A stretch of 64,000 nt of DNA from the IMG/VR virus record IMGVR_UViG_3300035210_000151. One strand, written 5' to 3'. The translations under genes and the position numbers were made by a program. Position 1 is the first letter of the stretch; every line of letters begins with the position of its first letter. Shown here one piece after another: positions 40,450 to 49,573 of this stretch. A model generated the notes under the pieces. It saw nothing but the letters and a program-made list of their open reading frames with translations, was not told where the DNA came from and searched no databases. Source of the stretch: a virus (lineage: Duplodnaviria; Heunggongvirae; Uroviricota; Caudoviricetes).

Positions 40450-41436
40450 ATGAAAAAAAATATAATAACACTATTGATAGCATCTACCTTTGGTATTTCT
40501 GCTGCCGATTATAAAATAGAAATACCTATGGAAGTTTCAAATGGTGGAGCACTTCAAAATGGAAGTATTTCTTTCAAAACCAATACTGTGGTGACACCAC
40601 CAGTTGTAACACCACCTGTCACACCTCCCGTGACTCCACCAATAGTTCCACCACCAGAAGCAATTGATGAGTGTATGCCATTAACGATTGGTTCTTATGT
40701 TTGGCGTGTGAATAAAAATACAGGAGCTGGTTCTGTTATTTGGAATGGCAATACAGTAGGAACGATTGCAGCCGGTGCATCTTCTATGTCAGGAGCCAAT
40801 GGCATTGTGTATACTAGAAATACATCAAGTGCAGCAGTTCCTCAAGGCCCACAAAATTTACAATCTGGTGTATGTAGAAATATACCAGCAGACTTCAATG
40901 GTGGTGCATGGATCAGTATTGCTCCTACCCTTTCTGCTTGGGTTGATAAAGGTGCCGCTTATAATTGTACATGGACGCCTGATCCTAGTGGTTTTTTTAC
41001 AACACAAAGCGTTGAGCAACATGGCTCAGATTGTAGTCAAGATCAAGAAAGGACTTCACAAACAAGAGAACAAAACGATTCTACTTTTGCTATTCGAAAT
41101 GTAGGCACAGCCTCAATACTAACTCAGACCATTCCAAGTCAGGCTTATCCATCGAGAACAGTTTCAGGTACTGAAATTGCTTCATCAGGCGAAACTTGTA
41201 TTAATGAGGCATATAGTTCAACTTCATGGAATGTTGATAAAACAAATAATGATAATGTTTATAATATTTCTTGGAAGGGTGGTAATATATCAATTAATGA
41301 AAACTTAGGTAGTATAACTACATTTACTTATCAAGGTGTTGTTTATAAAAGAGGTGCATTTCTTAATGACCTTGTAACAGGTGTAGAGGATACTGTGTAT
41401 GCCAAAAGTTATGGCGTTTGTCGCGTAGTTAATTAA
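40450..41436 (+). CDS. Exported Cys-containing modular beta protein, paralog 2
   Basis: Near-identical first module to paralog 1, divergent last module. Confidence 0.8.
   Translation: MKKNIITLLIASTFGISAADYKIEIPMEVSNGGALQNGSISFKTNTVVTPPVVTPPVTPPVTPPIVPPPEAIDECMPLTIGSYVWRVNKNTGAGSVIWNGNTVGTIAAGASSMSGANGIVYTRNTSSAAVPQGPQNLQSGVCRNIPADFNGGAWISIAPTLSAWVDKGAAYNCTWTPDPSGFFTTQSVEQHGSDCSQDQERTSQTREQNDSTFAIRNVGTASILTQTIPSQAYPSRTVSGTEIASSGETCINEAYSSTSWNVDKTNNDNVYNISWKGGNISINENLGSITTFTYQGVVYKRGAFLNDLVTGVEDTVYAKSYGVCRVVN
40588..40656 (+). repeat. Coding (V)TPP tandem repeat, Pro-rich linker
   Basis: Encodes VVTPPVVTPPVTPPVTPPIVPPP. Confidence 0.8.
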
Positions 41437-41619
41437 ATTAAAAAACTTTAAAAAGGCTTAACTTCTGTTAAGTTTTTTTTATTTTAATAGATATAATTAT
41501 TTATATTTTTAAAATCCGACAAACGTTCATTAAATAGTCTTATTTATTATTGGTTGTCTATATATTATTTTCAAAAATATGCTAATATTTTAATATTAAC
41601 TAACTCATTTGAGACAACT

Positions 41620-42024
41620 ATGAAAAAAATAGCTTTGATAATAATCACCACAAGTTTTTTTTCTTTAACGCAAGCTGAATATATTTTAACATCTCCACTT
41701 ACTGGACCAAAAGGTATTATGGATGATAGCTCTATTATTATGAGAGCAGCCCCTATTGAAACCGTTCCAGATGCCGCCCCTGTTGCAGATACTTGCGAGT
41801 ATGATCGTTTAAACGGCCTTTACTGGATGGTTGTTACTAATGAGGGGCCAAGACAAGTCGCTCATGTAAGTTGGAATGGAACAACGCTTTATGATTATAA
41901 TGATCAAGCCCATATCAATGATGCTACAGAAGTGACCTTTAATGGCATTACCTATAAGCGTGGTGAACAGAAAATGGTTGATTACTATTCTGTGACTTAT
42001 GGCGTTTGTCGTGTCAACAGTTAA
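41620..42024 (+). CDS. Exported single-module protein, paralog 3
   Basis: Signal peptide plus one module resembling the last module of paralog 1 (TCEYDRLNGLYW vs TCGYDRLSGWYW). Confidence 0.8.
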   Translation: MKKIALIIITTSFFSLTQAEYILTSPLTGPKGIMDDSSIIMRAAPIETVPDAAPVADTCEYDRLNGLYWMVVTNEGPRQVAHVSWNGTTLYDYNDQAHINDATEVTFNGITYKRGEQKMVDYYSVTYGVCRVNS

Positions 42025-42146
42025 GTTCTAGATAATAACAAAAGACCTAACATCTGTTGGGTCTTTTTTTGTCTTGAATTATATTATTTTATTGGTTTTT
42101 ATACATAAATTATGCTATAATATCAGCATTAAATTGAGGTTAATAA

Positions 42147-43097
42147 GTGATTATGCTTACGATTGAAGAAATTAAAAATTACTTAAATATGCCAGAACTC
42201 CCTATTGCCCATACTAATAGTGAGCGGAATTTTTATGTTAAAAAAATATATGATGATTATTATTGTTCAAATCACGATCAATCTATCATTATTCGAGCCT
42301 TTGACGATTTTGAACCCATTAGTGTTTCAACGTCTCGCTATTTTACTGTATACCTTAATGATGTTGTCATTTTGACGTATGCGGGCGATCACTCTTATAA
42401 TTCAGATGTCTTCAAGATTTTTGATGGATTACCCTTTATGACATTAATACCAGAACATTTTGATTTTTTCGTTAATGAAGTCAATACAAAAGGTCAAGAT
42501 TGCATTGTATATTTTGATCGAATGTCTGAAAAATCTATTGACTATGAAGGTGATCAAAATATCTCCATTCTTTATGTATCGTTGAAGGAAAAAAAATATA
42601 AGGATAAATCTTTTTACAAAATTGTGAAGGGTGAACTGTTGCACTCGTATGGCTTTTACACCAATCAATATTTTGGCAATAATGAATATAAGAAATATTT
42701 TAATAAAATAGCTTATCTGAAACAATATTATCAGTTATACACACTTATGATTTATCAATCTATTGATGCTCAGAACGTTCGCTTTCTACTCAATAATTAT
42801 GATTTTGAAATCATACTGAACAATTCAGCAAATAATACTCAATTGTTTACTGAACCTAACCATTCGGTAGCTTATCAATATGAAAAAAATAAACGTCACT
42901 CTGCTATTTCTGTTGACACCACAGGTGCTACTGATTGTATTGAAGCGTTGATGGATCAATTGATTAATATTTTATTCAAAGAATACCCATGTGCTGAATT
43001 CTCCCAGTTTTTGTCAGAAGCAGGGCGTTATCATTCATCGTTGACGGATCACGAATTTGATGACTATATCCAATTATTCAGGATGAGCACTATCTAA
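42147..43097 (+). CDS. Hypothetical protein, tag LFRMSTI
   Basis: GAGG RBS, TGCTATAAT promoter. Confidence 0.75.
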   Translation: MIMLTIEEIKNYLNMPELPIAHTNSERNFYVKKIYDDYYCSNHDQSIIIRAFDDFEPISVSTSRYFTVYLNDVVILTYAGDHSYNSDVFKIFDGLPFMTLIPEHFDFFVNEVNTKGQDCIVYFDRMSEKSIDYEGDQNISILYVSLKEKKYKDKSFYKIVKGELLHSYGFYTNQYFGNNEYKKYFNKIAYLKQYYQLYTLMIYQSIDAQNVRFLLNNYDFEIILNNSANNTQLFTEPNHSVAYQYEKNKRHSAISVDTTGATDCIEALMDQLINILFKEYPCAEFSQFLSEAGRYHSSLTDHEFDDYIQLFRMSTI

Positions 43098-43124
43098 TGG
43101 TTCTCATACATTAATTGAAGGCGT

Positions 43125-43303
43125 AAAAAAAGACCTAACATCACTGATAGGTCTTTAAGTTTAAGGGAAGCGATCAGGTATATCAGCCAATAGAGTTAGA
43201 AGGAACCGTGATCATAGCCTTGAATAAGTAGATATGGAAAGCGAATAGGTAAATCGTCATTTAAAAGAATGTTTAGAAGGAACCTGCTTCATAGCCTTAT
43301 CTA
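43125..43303 (-). ncRNA. Putative structured ncRNA A, tandem dimer of stem-loop units
   Basis: TTGACT (43332-37) and TG-extended TAATAT (43310-15) promoter; two AAGGCUAUGA-N4-GGUUCCUUCUAA motifs (43273-98, 43196-221); terminator AGACCUA/UAGGUCU plus U-run at 43125-54. Confidence 0.7.
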
Positions 43304-43413
43304 AGTACAATATTAGCATATTATTTTTAAAAGTCAATACTTTTGTTTGTTTTTTCTTTTAAATTATGCTAAAATTATTTTTATTAAAAAAACTTAATTG
43401 AAGGATTACTATT

Positions 43414-43809
43414 TTGAGCGACTACGAAGAATTTGATAAGAGAGCAGTCTTAAATAATATTATGATTGTTGACCAATTGTTTAAAGCTAATGGAGCCATC
43501 CATAAAATTTGCTTTGATATGCAACGTGATTATGAGACTAATCGTGAAGATGGCTATAATGGTTTTAGTTTTAGCCTAGATCCTGATATTTATAATTTTC
43601 ATCTTTATGCAAATGATTTCACATTAAGTGTTGATCATAATAGTGTTTTTTGTTTTTATGGAGGATTTGGTGTTCAATTTAAGCCATCACCGTCATCAAC
43701 AATAGAGCAATTTAAACAGTTACTGCTTATTGTGATTAATATGAATTCAGAACAAAAATTTGATAATATTGAGCAGTTCATTGACCTGCATAACATGATA
43801 TACATCTAA
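43414..43809 (+). CDS. Hypothetical protein, tag LHNMIYI
   Basis: TTG start with GAAGGA RBS. Confidence 0.7.
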   Translation: MSDYEEFDKRAVLNNIMIVDQLFKANGAIHKICFDMQRDYETNREDGYNGFSFSLDPDIYNFHLYANDFTLSVDHNSVFCFYGGFGVQFKPSPSSTIEQFKQLLLIVINMNSEQKFDNIEQFIDLHNMIYI

Positions 43810-43826
43810 CGCATTAAGGTGATTAT

Positions 43827-44597
43827 ATGCTTTTAACAAATGCTTCACGTTTACTGGAAGTTTATTTTCACATTAGCGATTTGGCTAAATTTGAGATTGA
43901 TACGACATTCGCCAGTGAATTACTCTCACCCAGCGAAAAACGTTTTTTAATGGACGCTGTTCGTGCATTAGCAAACGACATATTATCAGTTTCAGAAGAC
44001 TTTAAAACCAGTATTAATTTTTATATCCGTCAATCAGGTTGCTTGATTGAGATGGATTCTTCTTATCCGTTTTTAATCCAATCATCTTTTAATTTTGAAC
44101 TGTATGAACCTTTAATTAAACATAAGTCGCTTGATCAGTATGTGAACGATTTAATTTATCAAAATGATAGATATCGAACCTATGGAAGTTATTTGACTCT
44201 TGTTGATTTTAGATCTTTCTTTGAAAATATTAGATTTATTGATAACTTATTTGAATTTGATGGCAAATTTTATTCGTTTTATCAAGACATTGATTTTACA
44301 TTAGGGGCACGAGAAGTTAAATTTGATTCTTTTAATTCTTTTGTACATTGTGGTGAAAACCCTCTGTTAAAAATTCAATTTGGGGATCTTCTGGTCACCA
44401 TCTCACCTGATGAATTTTCTTTTGCTATTATGGGTGGTTCCGCTATTTTGACCATATCTAAGCAAAGCAGACGGAGTTATCAACAGAAAAAAGATAACTT
44501 AGCAACACTTATTATAGATATGTATAATATGGAGTTAATGACAGAAGCTGACACCATGAAAAATTTATTACTATTGATTAGAATGAAGGCTATTTAG
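43827..44597 (+). CDS. Tandem family member 1 (YPF-domain), tag LIRMKAI
   Basis: SDL...LANDIL...SYPF motif. Confidence 0.75.
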   Translation: MLLTNASRLLEVYFHISDLAKFEIDTTFASELLSPSEKRFLMDAVRALANDILSVSEDFKTSINFYIRQSGCLIEMDSSYPFLIQSSFNFELYEPLIKHKSLDQYVNDLIYQNDRYRTYGSYLTLVDFRSFFENIRFIDNLFEFDGKFYSFYQDIDFTLGAREVKFDSFNSFVHCGENPLLKIQFGDLLVTISPDEFSFAIMGGSAILTISKQSRRSYQQKKDNLATLIIDMYNMELMTEADTMKNLLLLIRMKAI

Positions 44598-44627
44598 TCT
44601 TCATTTTTTTGTTGCTTTATTCTAGGC

Positions 44628-44813
44628 AAAAAAAAACCTGTATCGCTACAAGTTTGTTTTATTTGAGGGAATTGACAAGGTTTAATCAGTTTAATATTTA
44701 CAAGTTAAGTTAGAAGGAACCTTAATGCTAGCCTCGGTGAAATAGTTGGTATGGAAATCGAAATGGTGAATCTTAGAATGAGTTAGAAGGAACCAACTTC
44801 ATAGCCTTACCGT
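44628..44813 (-). ncRNA. Putative structured ncRNA B, paralog of A
   Basis: TTGACT (44843-48)-17-TACTAT promoter; motifs at 44783-808 and 44710-735; terminator AAACUUGUA/UACAGGUUU plus U-run. Confidence 0.7.
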
Positions 44814-44910
44814 TTGTATATAGTATGATATTCGGACTAAAAAGTCAAGCGTTTTTTTCTTGATTTAATGATTTTAAACTGTTAAAGTGTTTACATAATG
44901 GAGATGTTCG

Positions 44911-45753
44911 ATGTTTGATGAAAATCTGCCATATCAGTTAAAAACTGGTAGGCAATTAATAAAGTTGTCTGATTTAAAAAATGCTGAACTCATTGGTGTT
45001 CAGGATGAACACAATTTAAAAATTTCTCGTTTTTTAACGATTCTTGCTGATGATATTTTGTGTATGCGTGATGATGTGAAAACTTATGCTTTTATAGAAA
45101 TTGTTGATGATGTATTTTCTATATGTCTAGACTATTCTTATCCTTTTTTGGAGTTTTTAAACAGCACTCACCCTATTAAGATAAATAAATCATTAAATAG
45201 AGTTTATTTTCGTTTAAATCTAAATCTATCAATAGATTTAATCACTCCCACATTGTTGGCGATATTCCTTGATGAATTAAAAGCTGATGGTTGGTATAAG
45301 TTTAATGATGATGATGAGCGAGAGTCGGAAACTGGTTTGATGGAACAGTTTATTCACATCAATGCATTGGATACTTTTTATGTATTTGATATCATCGATC
45401 AGTCATTGGGCTATGATGGAAAACTGTCCAAACTGGTTAAAAATAATATTTACTATGTAATGCCATTCTCAGAAGAAGATGAGTTCTCAATGTTTGAATT
45501 TAGAAACTTTAATTCAAGTAATATTGAGTTGACACTCACTAACCATGATTTCTACATTAAAGTTATCAATAACACAATTAGATTTGAATATTTATATGAT
45601 TCGATGGAGTTTAATTTAAATAAAAAACATCCAGTTGCCTTTAATATTAAAAAATTTACTAAATTCTTTTTAAGTTTTTACAATATTCAACACGACACGG
45701 ACCATGATGATTTACCACGCTGGATTAAACTTCAGGAAATGATAGCCATATAA
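44911..45753 (+). CDS. Tandem family member 2, tag LQEMIAI
   Basis: LSDL...LADDIL...SYPF; II..SLGYDG.L motif. Confidence 0.8.
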   Translation: MFDENLPYQLKTGRQLIKLSDLKNAELIGVQDEHNLKISRFLTILADDILCMRDDVKTYAFIEIVDDVFSICLDYSYPFLEFLNSTHPIKINKSLNRVYFRLNLNLSIDLITPTLLAIFLDELKADGWYKFNDDDERESETGLMEQFIHINALDTFYVFDIIDQSLGYDGKLSKLVKNNIYYVMPFSEEDEFSMFEFRNFNSSNIELTLTNHDFYIKVINNTIRFEYLYDSMEFNLNKKHPVAFNIKKFTKFFLSFYNIQHDTDHDDLPRWIKLQEMIAI

Positions 45754-45855
45754 CTTATATTATTTTTCCAATTAATTTTATGATTTCATTGAAAATGAAG
45801 TATATTTAATGGTTTTAATATGTTATAATAATCTATTATTTTAGAGGCTCTGCAC

Positions 45856-46695
45856 ATGGCTAAATCAAAAAAAGATGACGAACTTATTATTCTTTCCAAT
45901 CATGATAACCATACTGTTATGTTAACCGACTTGCGTCGAGTAAACATTGAAGGAATCAGCAAGCAAAAAAATAATAGAATGTTAGCCTACTTTGACCTTC
46001 TTGTTGACGATCTTTTAATTTACAATGGCGATTTTGAGTTGGATGTCGAAATTTCGATGAGTGCTGATGACATGTTTATGAGTGTCATGTTAGAGAAATC
46101 ATATCCTTATTATGATGATTGTATTTTTCTTTGTTTTGATCTAAAAGAAAAAGCAAGTATTCAGAATTTAGCAAGAGCACTTTCTAATCTTGACACTGAT
46201 GATCGGGAACATTGGGATGACAAAGATGATATTGTGAAATACATTGACTGTAGTTTTGGTTATGAGCATGAATTGATGTTGAGTGATTATCCACCTATGT
46301 TTATTGAGTATGGTTGTGGGCTGATGCGTAATGTTCGCCTCGTTGATAAAGCACTCTATTTTGACAATCAACTGGTTAAAACTTTTCGTAATAATAACAT
46401 AACAACAAGTAATGATATACGCATTGATTCATCATCCTTTACATTCACGATGCAGGGAACAAAAGAACCTGACATCTTTGTGAATTCCGCTTACCTTGAT
46501 ATTAGAATTGAAAATGATGGTGTGAAGTTTACGTTTGATAAGGATAATACATTTACTTTTACCACAACGACTAATTTTGAACGTGATTTTAATATGTTAC
46601 AGATGTTTATTAAAATGTTTATTGAAAAAAAGAAAGATCACGATATTCATGATTTGAAAAGTGAACTTTTGTTGATTGAGATGGAAAATATTTGA
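45856..46695 (+). CDS. Tandem family member 3, tag LIEMENI
   Basis: LTDL...LVDDLL...SYPY. Confidence 0.8.
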   Translation: MAKSKKDDELIILSNHDNHTVMLTDLRRVNIEGISKQKNNRMLAYFDLLVDDLLIYNGDFELDVEISMSADDMFMSVMLEKSYPYYDDCIFLCFDLKEKASIQNLARALSNLDTDDREHWDDKDDIVKYIDCSFGYEHELMLSDYPPMFIEYGCGLMRNVRLVDKALYFDNQLVKTFRNNNITTSNDIRIDSSSFTFTMQGTKEPDIFVNSAYLDIRIENDGVKFTFDKDNTFTFTTTTNFERDFNMLQMFIKMFIEKKKDHDIHDLKSELLLIEMENI

Positions 46696-46696
46696 T

Positions 46697-47752
46697 ATGA
46701 ATAAATATAAATATTTACTTAATGCCGATAATTTTTACATGTGTTCCATGACAGACTTAAAAACAACCACATTTAAAAAATTAAAAGATGAACATAAACG
46801 AACATTGTTAAATCGGTATTTAAGCCTGTTAGTTGATGATGCTTTATCTAATAATAAACCGGACTTCAAAATAGAAATTCGGATGGATATCAATGATGAT
46901 ATTGTCGATATAAGCATTGGAACCGCTTATCCGTTTATAGGACAATTTGATTTGTCTCAACCATTTAACAAGTCTTGTGTACTGGATTATTTGAATAATA
47001 CTAATTTAGTACTGAGTGACAATGGGACAGAAGGTACCTTAAATGAATTTAGGAAAACGCAAGTATTGTTTACTACTGCATCATTTAATAAAAAGCTATC
47101 TGAATATTTATCATTTATTGCAGATGATGTTTTCCCTTTTGTTGAAGATAATAAAATTTATTATAGTATTAAAGCTCATGAAACAAGTTTTGACTTGCTG
47201 TTGGGCCATGCTTATCCTTTTTTTGAGACAAATGTTCTTCGTTTTAAAATTGATTTGGAGCAAGATTTCAATAGTCTTTTGATAGTTGAACAATTGAATG
47301 TTTATGCTCAAGAGCAATTAAAAGATCCAAAAACTAACTTTTTTGTTTTAATTAAAGATGGTTTACAATTTTTAGAAACTATTAAGATTTTAGAAAATGT
47401 TTTAGGGTTTGGCAATCAATTAACAAGTCTTTACTATAATAATTCTATTTTAAAACCTATTAATGAAATTTCATTTCTTTCTATTGAGCATCAAAAACGT
47501 CAATTATCTTTAGAAATGGTGTCTAAGGGTGAACTTGCTCTAGATATTCATATTAGCCAATCTAATCTTGCTTTTCTTTTTGGTAAAAGAGATGGCACAT
47601 CTGAGAATTTTACATGGCTACGTACTGAATGTATGGATCATGATACATTAATGGTTCATCAATTTTTTATTATTTATCTTGAAAAATGGCTTGGGCATAA
47701 GATTACAGATTTAGCAAGGGAAATAAAATTACTTGAAATGGAGGCTATTTAA
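46697..47752 (+). CDS. Tandem family member 4 (two N-domain copies), tag LLEMEAI
   Basis: Two LVDD/IADD...AYPF repeats. Confidence 0.8.
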   Translation: MNKYKYLLNADNFYMCSMTDLKTTTFKKLKDEHKRTLLNRYLSLLVDDALSNNKPDFKIEIRMDINDDIVDISIGTAYPFIGQFDLSQPFNKSCVLDYLNNTNLVLSDNGTEGTLNEFRKTQVLFTTASFNKKLSEYLSFIADDVFPFVEDNKIYYSIKAHETSFDLLLGHAYPFFETNVLRFKIDLEQDFNSLLIVEQLNVYAQEQLKDPKTNFFVLIKDGLQFLETIKILENVLGFGNQLTSLYYNNSILKPINEISFLSIEHQKRQLSLEMVSKGELALDIHISQSNLAFLFGKRDGTSENFTWLRTECMDHDTLMVHQFFIIYLEKWLGHKITDLAREIKLLEMEAI

Positions 47753-48780
47753 TGCCAGATAAGTATATTTTAAGTGGAGCTAAGGTTAATGGACTAATCT
47801 CAGAATTAAAAAATTTGAAATTTTGTGATGACATTAACAATTACAACGAAGCAATTCGAAGATATATAAATCTTCTGGTGGATTCAGCTCTTTTACAGGT
47901 AAAAGATGTCAAAATTCAGTATTGTATTACGATTAATTTTAATATAATGACTATCCATTTATGTGATAAATTCCCATTCATGGCAACTTTCGATCTTGAC
48001 GCTCCATTCAATGAAAATAATGTATTAGAACATCTTAATAACGAAAATCTCGTAATGAATAATGCCCGATATTTATGTGATATAGATGAATTAAGATATC
48101 AAAAAGTTTTATTTGTTGGCACTGAGGACAATAAGAAAATATCAGCATATTTAAGTATGATTGTTGATGACATATTGGTTTTTGGTGAACACTTTGAAAC
48201 TGAGTTTAGTCTTAGCGTTAATAATAATATGTTTACTATTGAAATGACAAAATCATATCCCTTTGTTGGTTCTTATATTGAACTTAAGTTCGATTTAAAC
48301 GAGCCAGTTGATATTAATAACATATCAAGTCAATTGGATGAACTTAGAAAACATCATATTTATCTTGAACGTGTTAATTATTATGTAAGCTTAGATGTTG
48401 GCAAAAAGTTTTTAAACCGTATTGATATTATTGAAAAAGCTCTGGGTTATGATGGCAGATTAAAGGATGTTTATCTTAATCGTTCAATTTACAAGACGAA
48501 AGAAAAATTTTCTTTCTTTGATTTTGAAGTCAAAAATAGGAGTTTCTTAGAACTAACACTTCACTCATCAGAAACAGACATGACTATTGAAATTGAGTCT
48601 AATTATATTTTCATTGGATTTAGTGATTATGATAGATTCTCTTGGACATTTACAGATGATGAGGCATCTGATGTTTCTATTATTCGAAAAATGTTTATAA
48701 TTTACCTTGAAAAGAAATTGGATAAAAAAATAGTAGACTTGAAAAGAGAAATACAACTAATTGAAATGGAGCATATTTAA
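47752..48780 (+). CDS. Tandem family member 5 (two N-domain copies), tag LIEMEHI
   Basis: TAATG overlap; LVDS...KFPF and IVDD...SYPF. Confidence 0.8.
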   Translation: MPDKYILSGAKVNGLISELKNLKFCDDINNYNEAIRRYINLLVDSALLQVKDVKIQYCITINFNIMTIHLCDKFPFMATFDLDAPFNENNVLEHLNNENLVMNNARYLCDIDELRYQKVLFVGTEDNKKISAYLSMIVDDILVFGEHFETEFSLSVNNNMFTIEMTKSYPFVGSYIELKFDLNEPVDINNISSQLDELRKHHIYLERVNYYVSLDVGKKFLNRIDIIEKALGYDGRLKDVYLNRSIYKTKEKFSFFDFEVKNRSFLELTLHSSETDMTIEIESNYIFIGFSDYDRFSWTFTDDEASDVSIIRKMFIIYLEKKLDKKIVDLKREIQLIEMEHI

Positions 48781-49541
48781 TGGTAGAAAATTCTAATAAA
48801 AAAATAGAAATTGAAAGTGCTCGAAGTTATGAGTTAAACCTTAGTGAGTTAAAATATATCTCCATTATTAAAGGTAATCATACTTCTTTTGACCATTTGC
48901 AAATGATTCAATATATTAATATGATTGTTGATGATGTTATGGTTTATGGGGAGGATTTCAAAGTTATATTTAATGTATCTATTACAGAGCATATACTTGA
49001 TTTTGAATTTAAATCTCTTTATCCCTTCATTAACGGTCTAGTCATGTTTAGTATAGATCTTCGGGAAGATGTTAATTTTCAACGTATTGCTAGAACACTG
49101 GATCATCTGATTGATATTAATATCAGGCATGGTCAGCGGATTAATTATACAGATCTAAGTCATCATACGATGTTTAGTAACATTAATATCGTTGATCAAG
49201 CCTTATTTTATGAGGGTAAATTAAAAGAAGTGTTTTCTAAGCGTTCACTTTTTGAAGAAAGTGTTAAATTTTCCTTCTTTGACTTAAATTTTTTGAATAA
49301 TGGGGCGACGAGAATTCAACTTCTTTCTCTCAGTGCTGGTGTATCTATTTGGATTGATATTAATAAGGTTTCATTTAGCTTTGATAGCAAAGATTCATCT
49401 ATTTGGTGTTTTACTGATGATGCTTCATTTGATATGTTATCAATACGTCAATTATTTGTACTCTACCTTGGCAAAAAATTGAATAAACCCATTATAGACG
49501 TTCGAAGAGAAATCCAATTGATTGAAATGCAAACTATTTAG
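48780..49541 (+). CDS. Tandem family member 6, tag LIEMQTI
   Basis: TAATG overlap; IVDD...LYPF. Confidence 0.8.
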   Translation: MVENSNKKIEIESARSYELNLSELKYISIIKGNHTSFDHLQMIQYINMIVDDVMVYGEDFKVIFNVSITEHILDFEFKSLYPFINGLVMFSIDLREDVNFQRIARTLDHLIDINIRHGQRINYTDLSHHTMFSNINIVDQALFYEGKLKEVFSKRSLFEESVKFSFFDLNFLNNGATRIQLLSLSAGVSIWIDINKVSFSFDSKDSSIWCFTDDASFDMLSIRQLFVLYLGKKLNKPIIDVRREIQLIEMQTI

Positions 49542-49549
49542 TAGACAAC

Positions 49550-49573
49550 AAAAAAGTCCCGAAGGACTTTTTT
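49550..49573. terminator. Bidirectional terminator between convergent genes
   Basis: AAAAAAGTCC-CGAA-GGACTTTTTT. Confidence 0.85.

Noticed and set aside
40588-40656. Contingency or phase-variation repeat
   Set aside because: Units are in-frame with synonymous variation, consistent with a Pro-rich protein linker rather than slippage switching.
43196-44808. CRISPR mini-array or TIGR array interpretation of the 26-nt repeats
   Set aside because: Only two copies per locus, the intervening sequences of the two loci are homologous and base-pair with the repeats, and no cas or Nop-domain gene is visible.
43161-44811. CsrB/RsmZ-like sponge on the + strand (four ANGGA motifs per locus)
   Set aside because: Promoter and terminator polarity in both loci point to the minus strand, and several pairings need G-U wobbles that only work there. 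Only stranded RNA-seq can exclude it fully.
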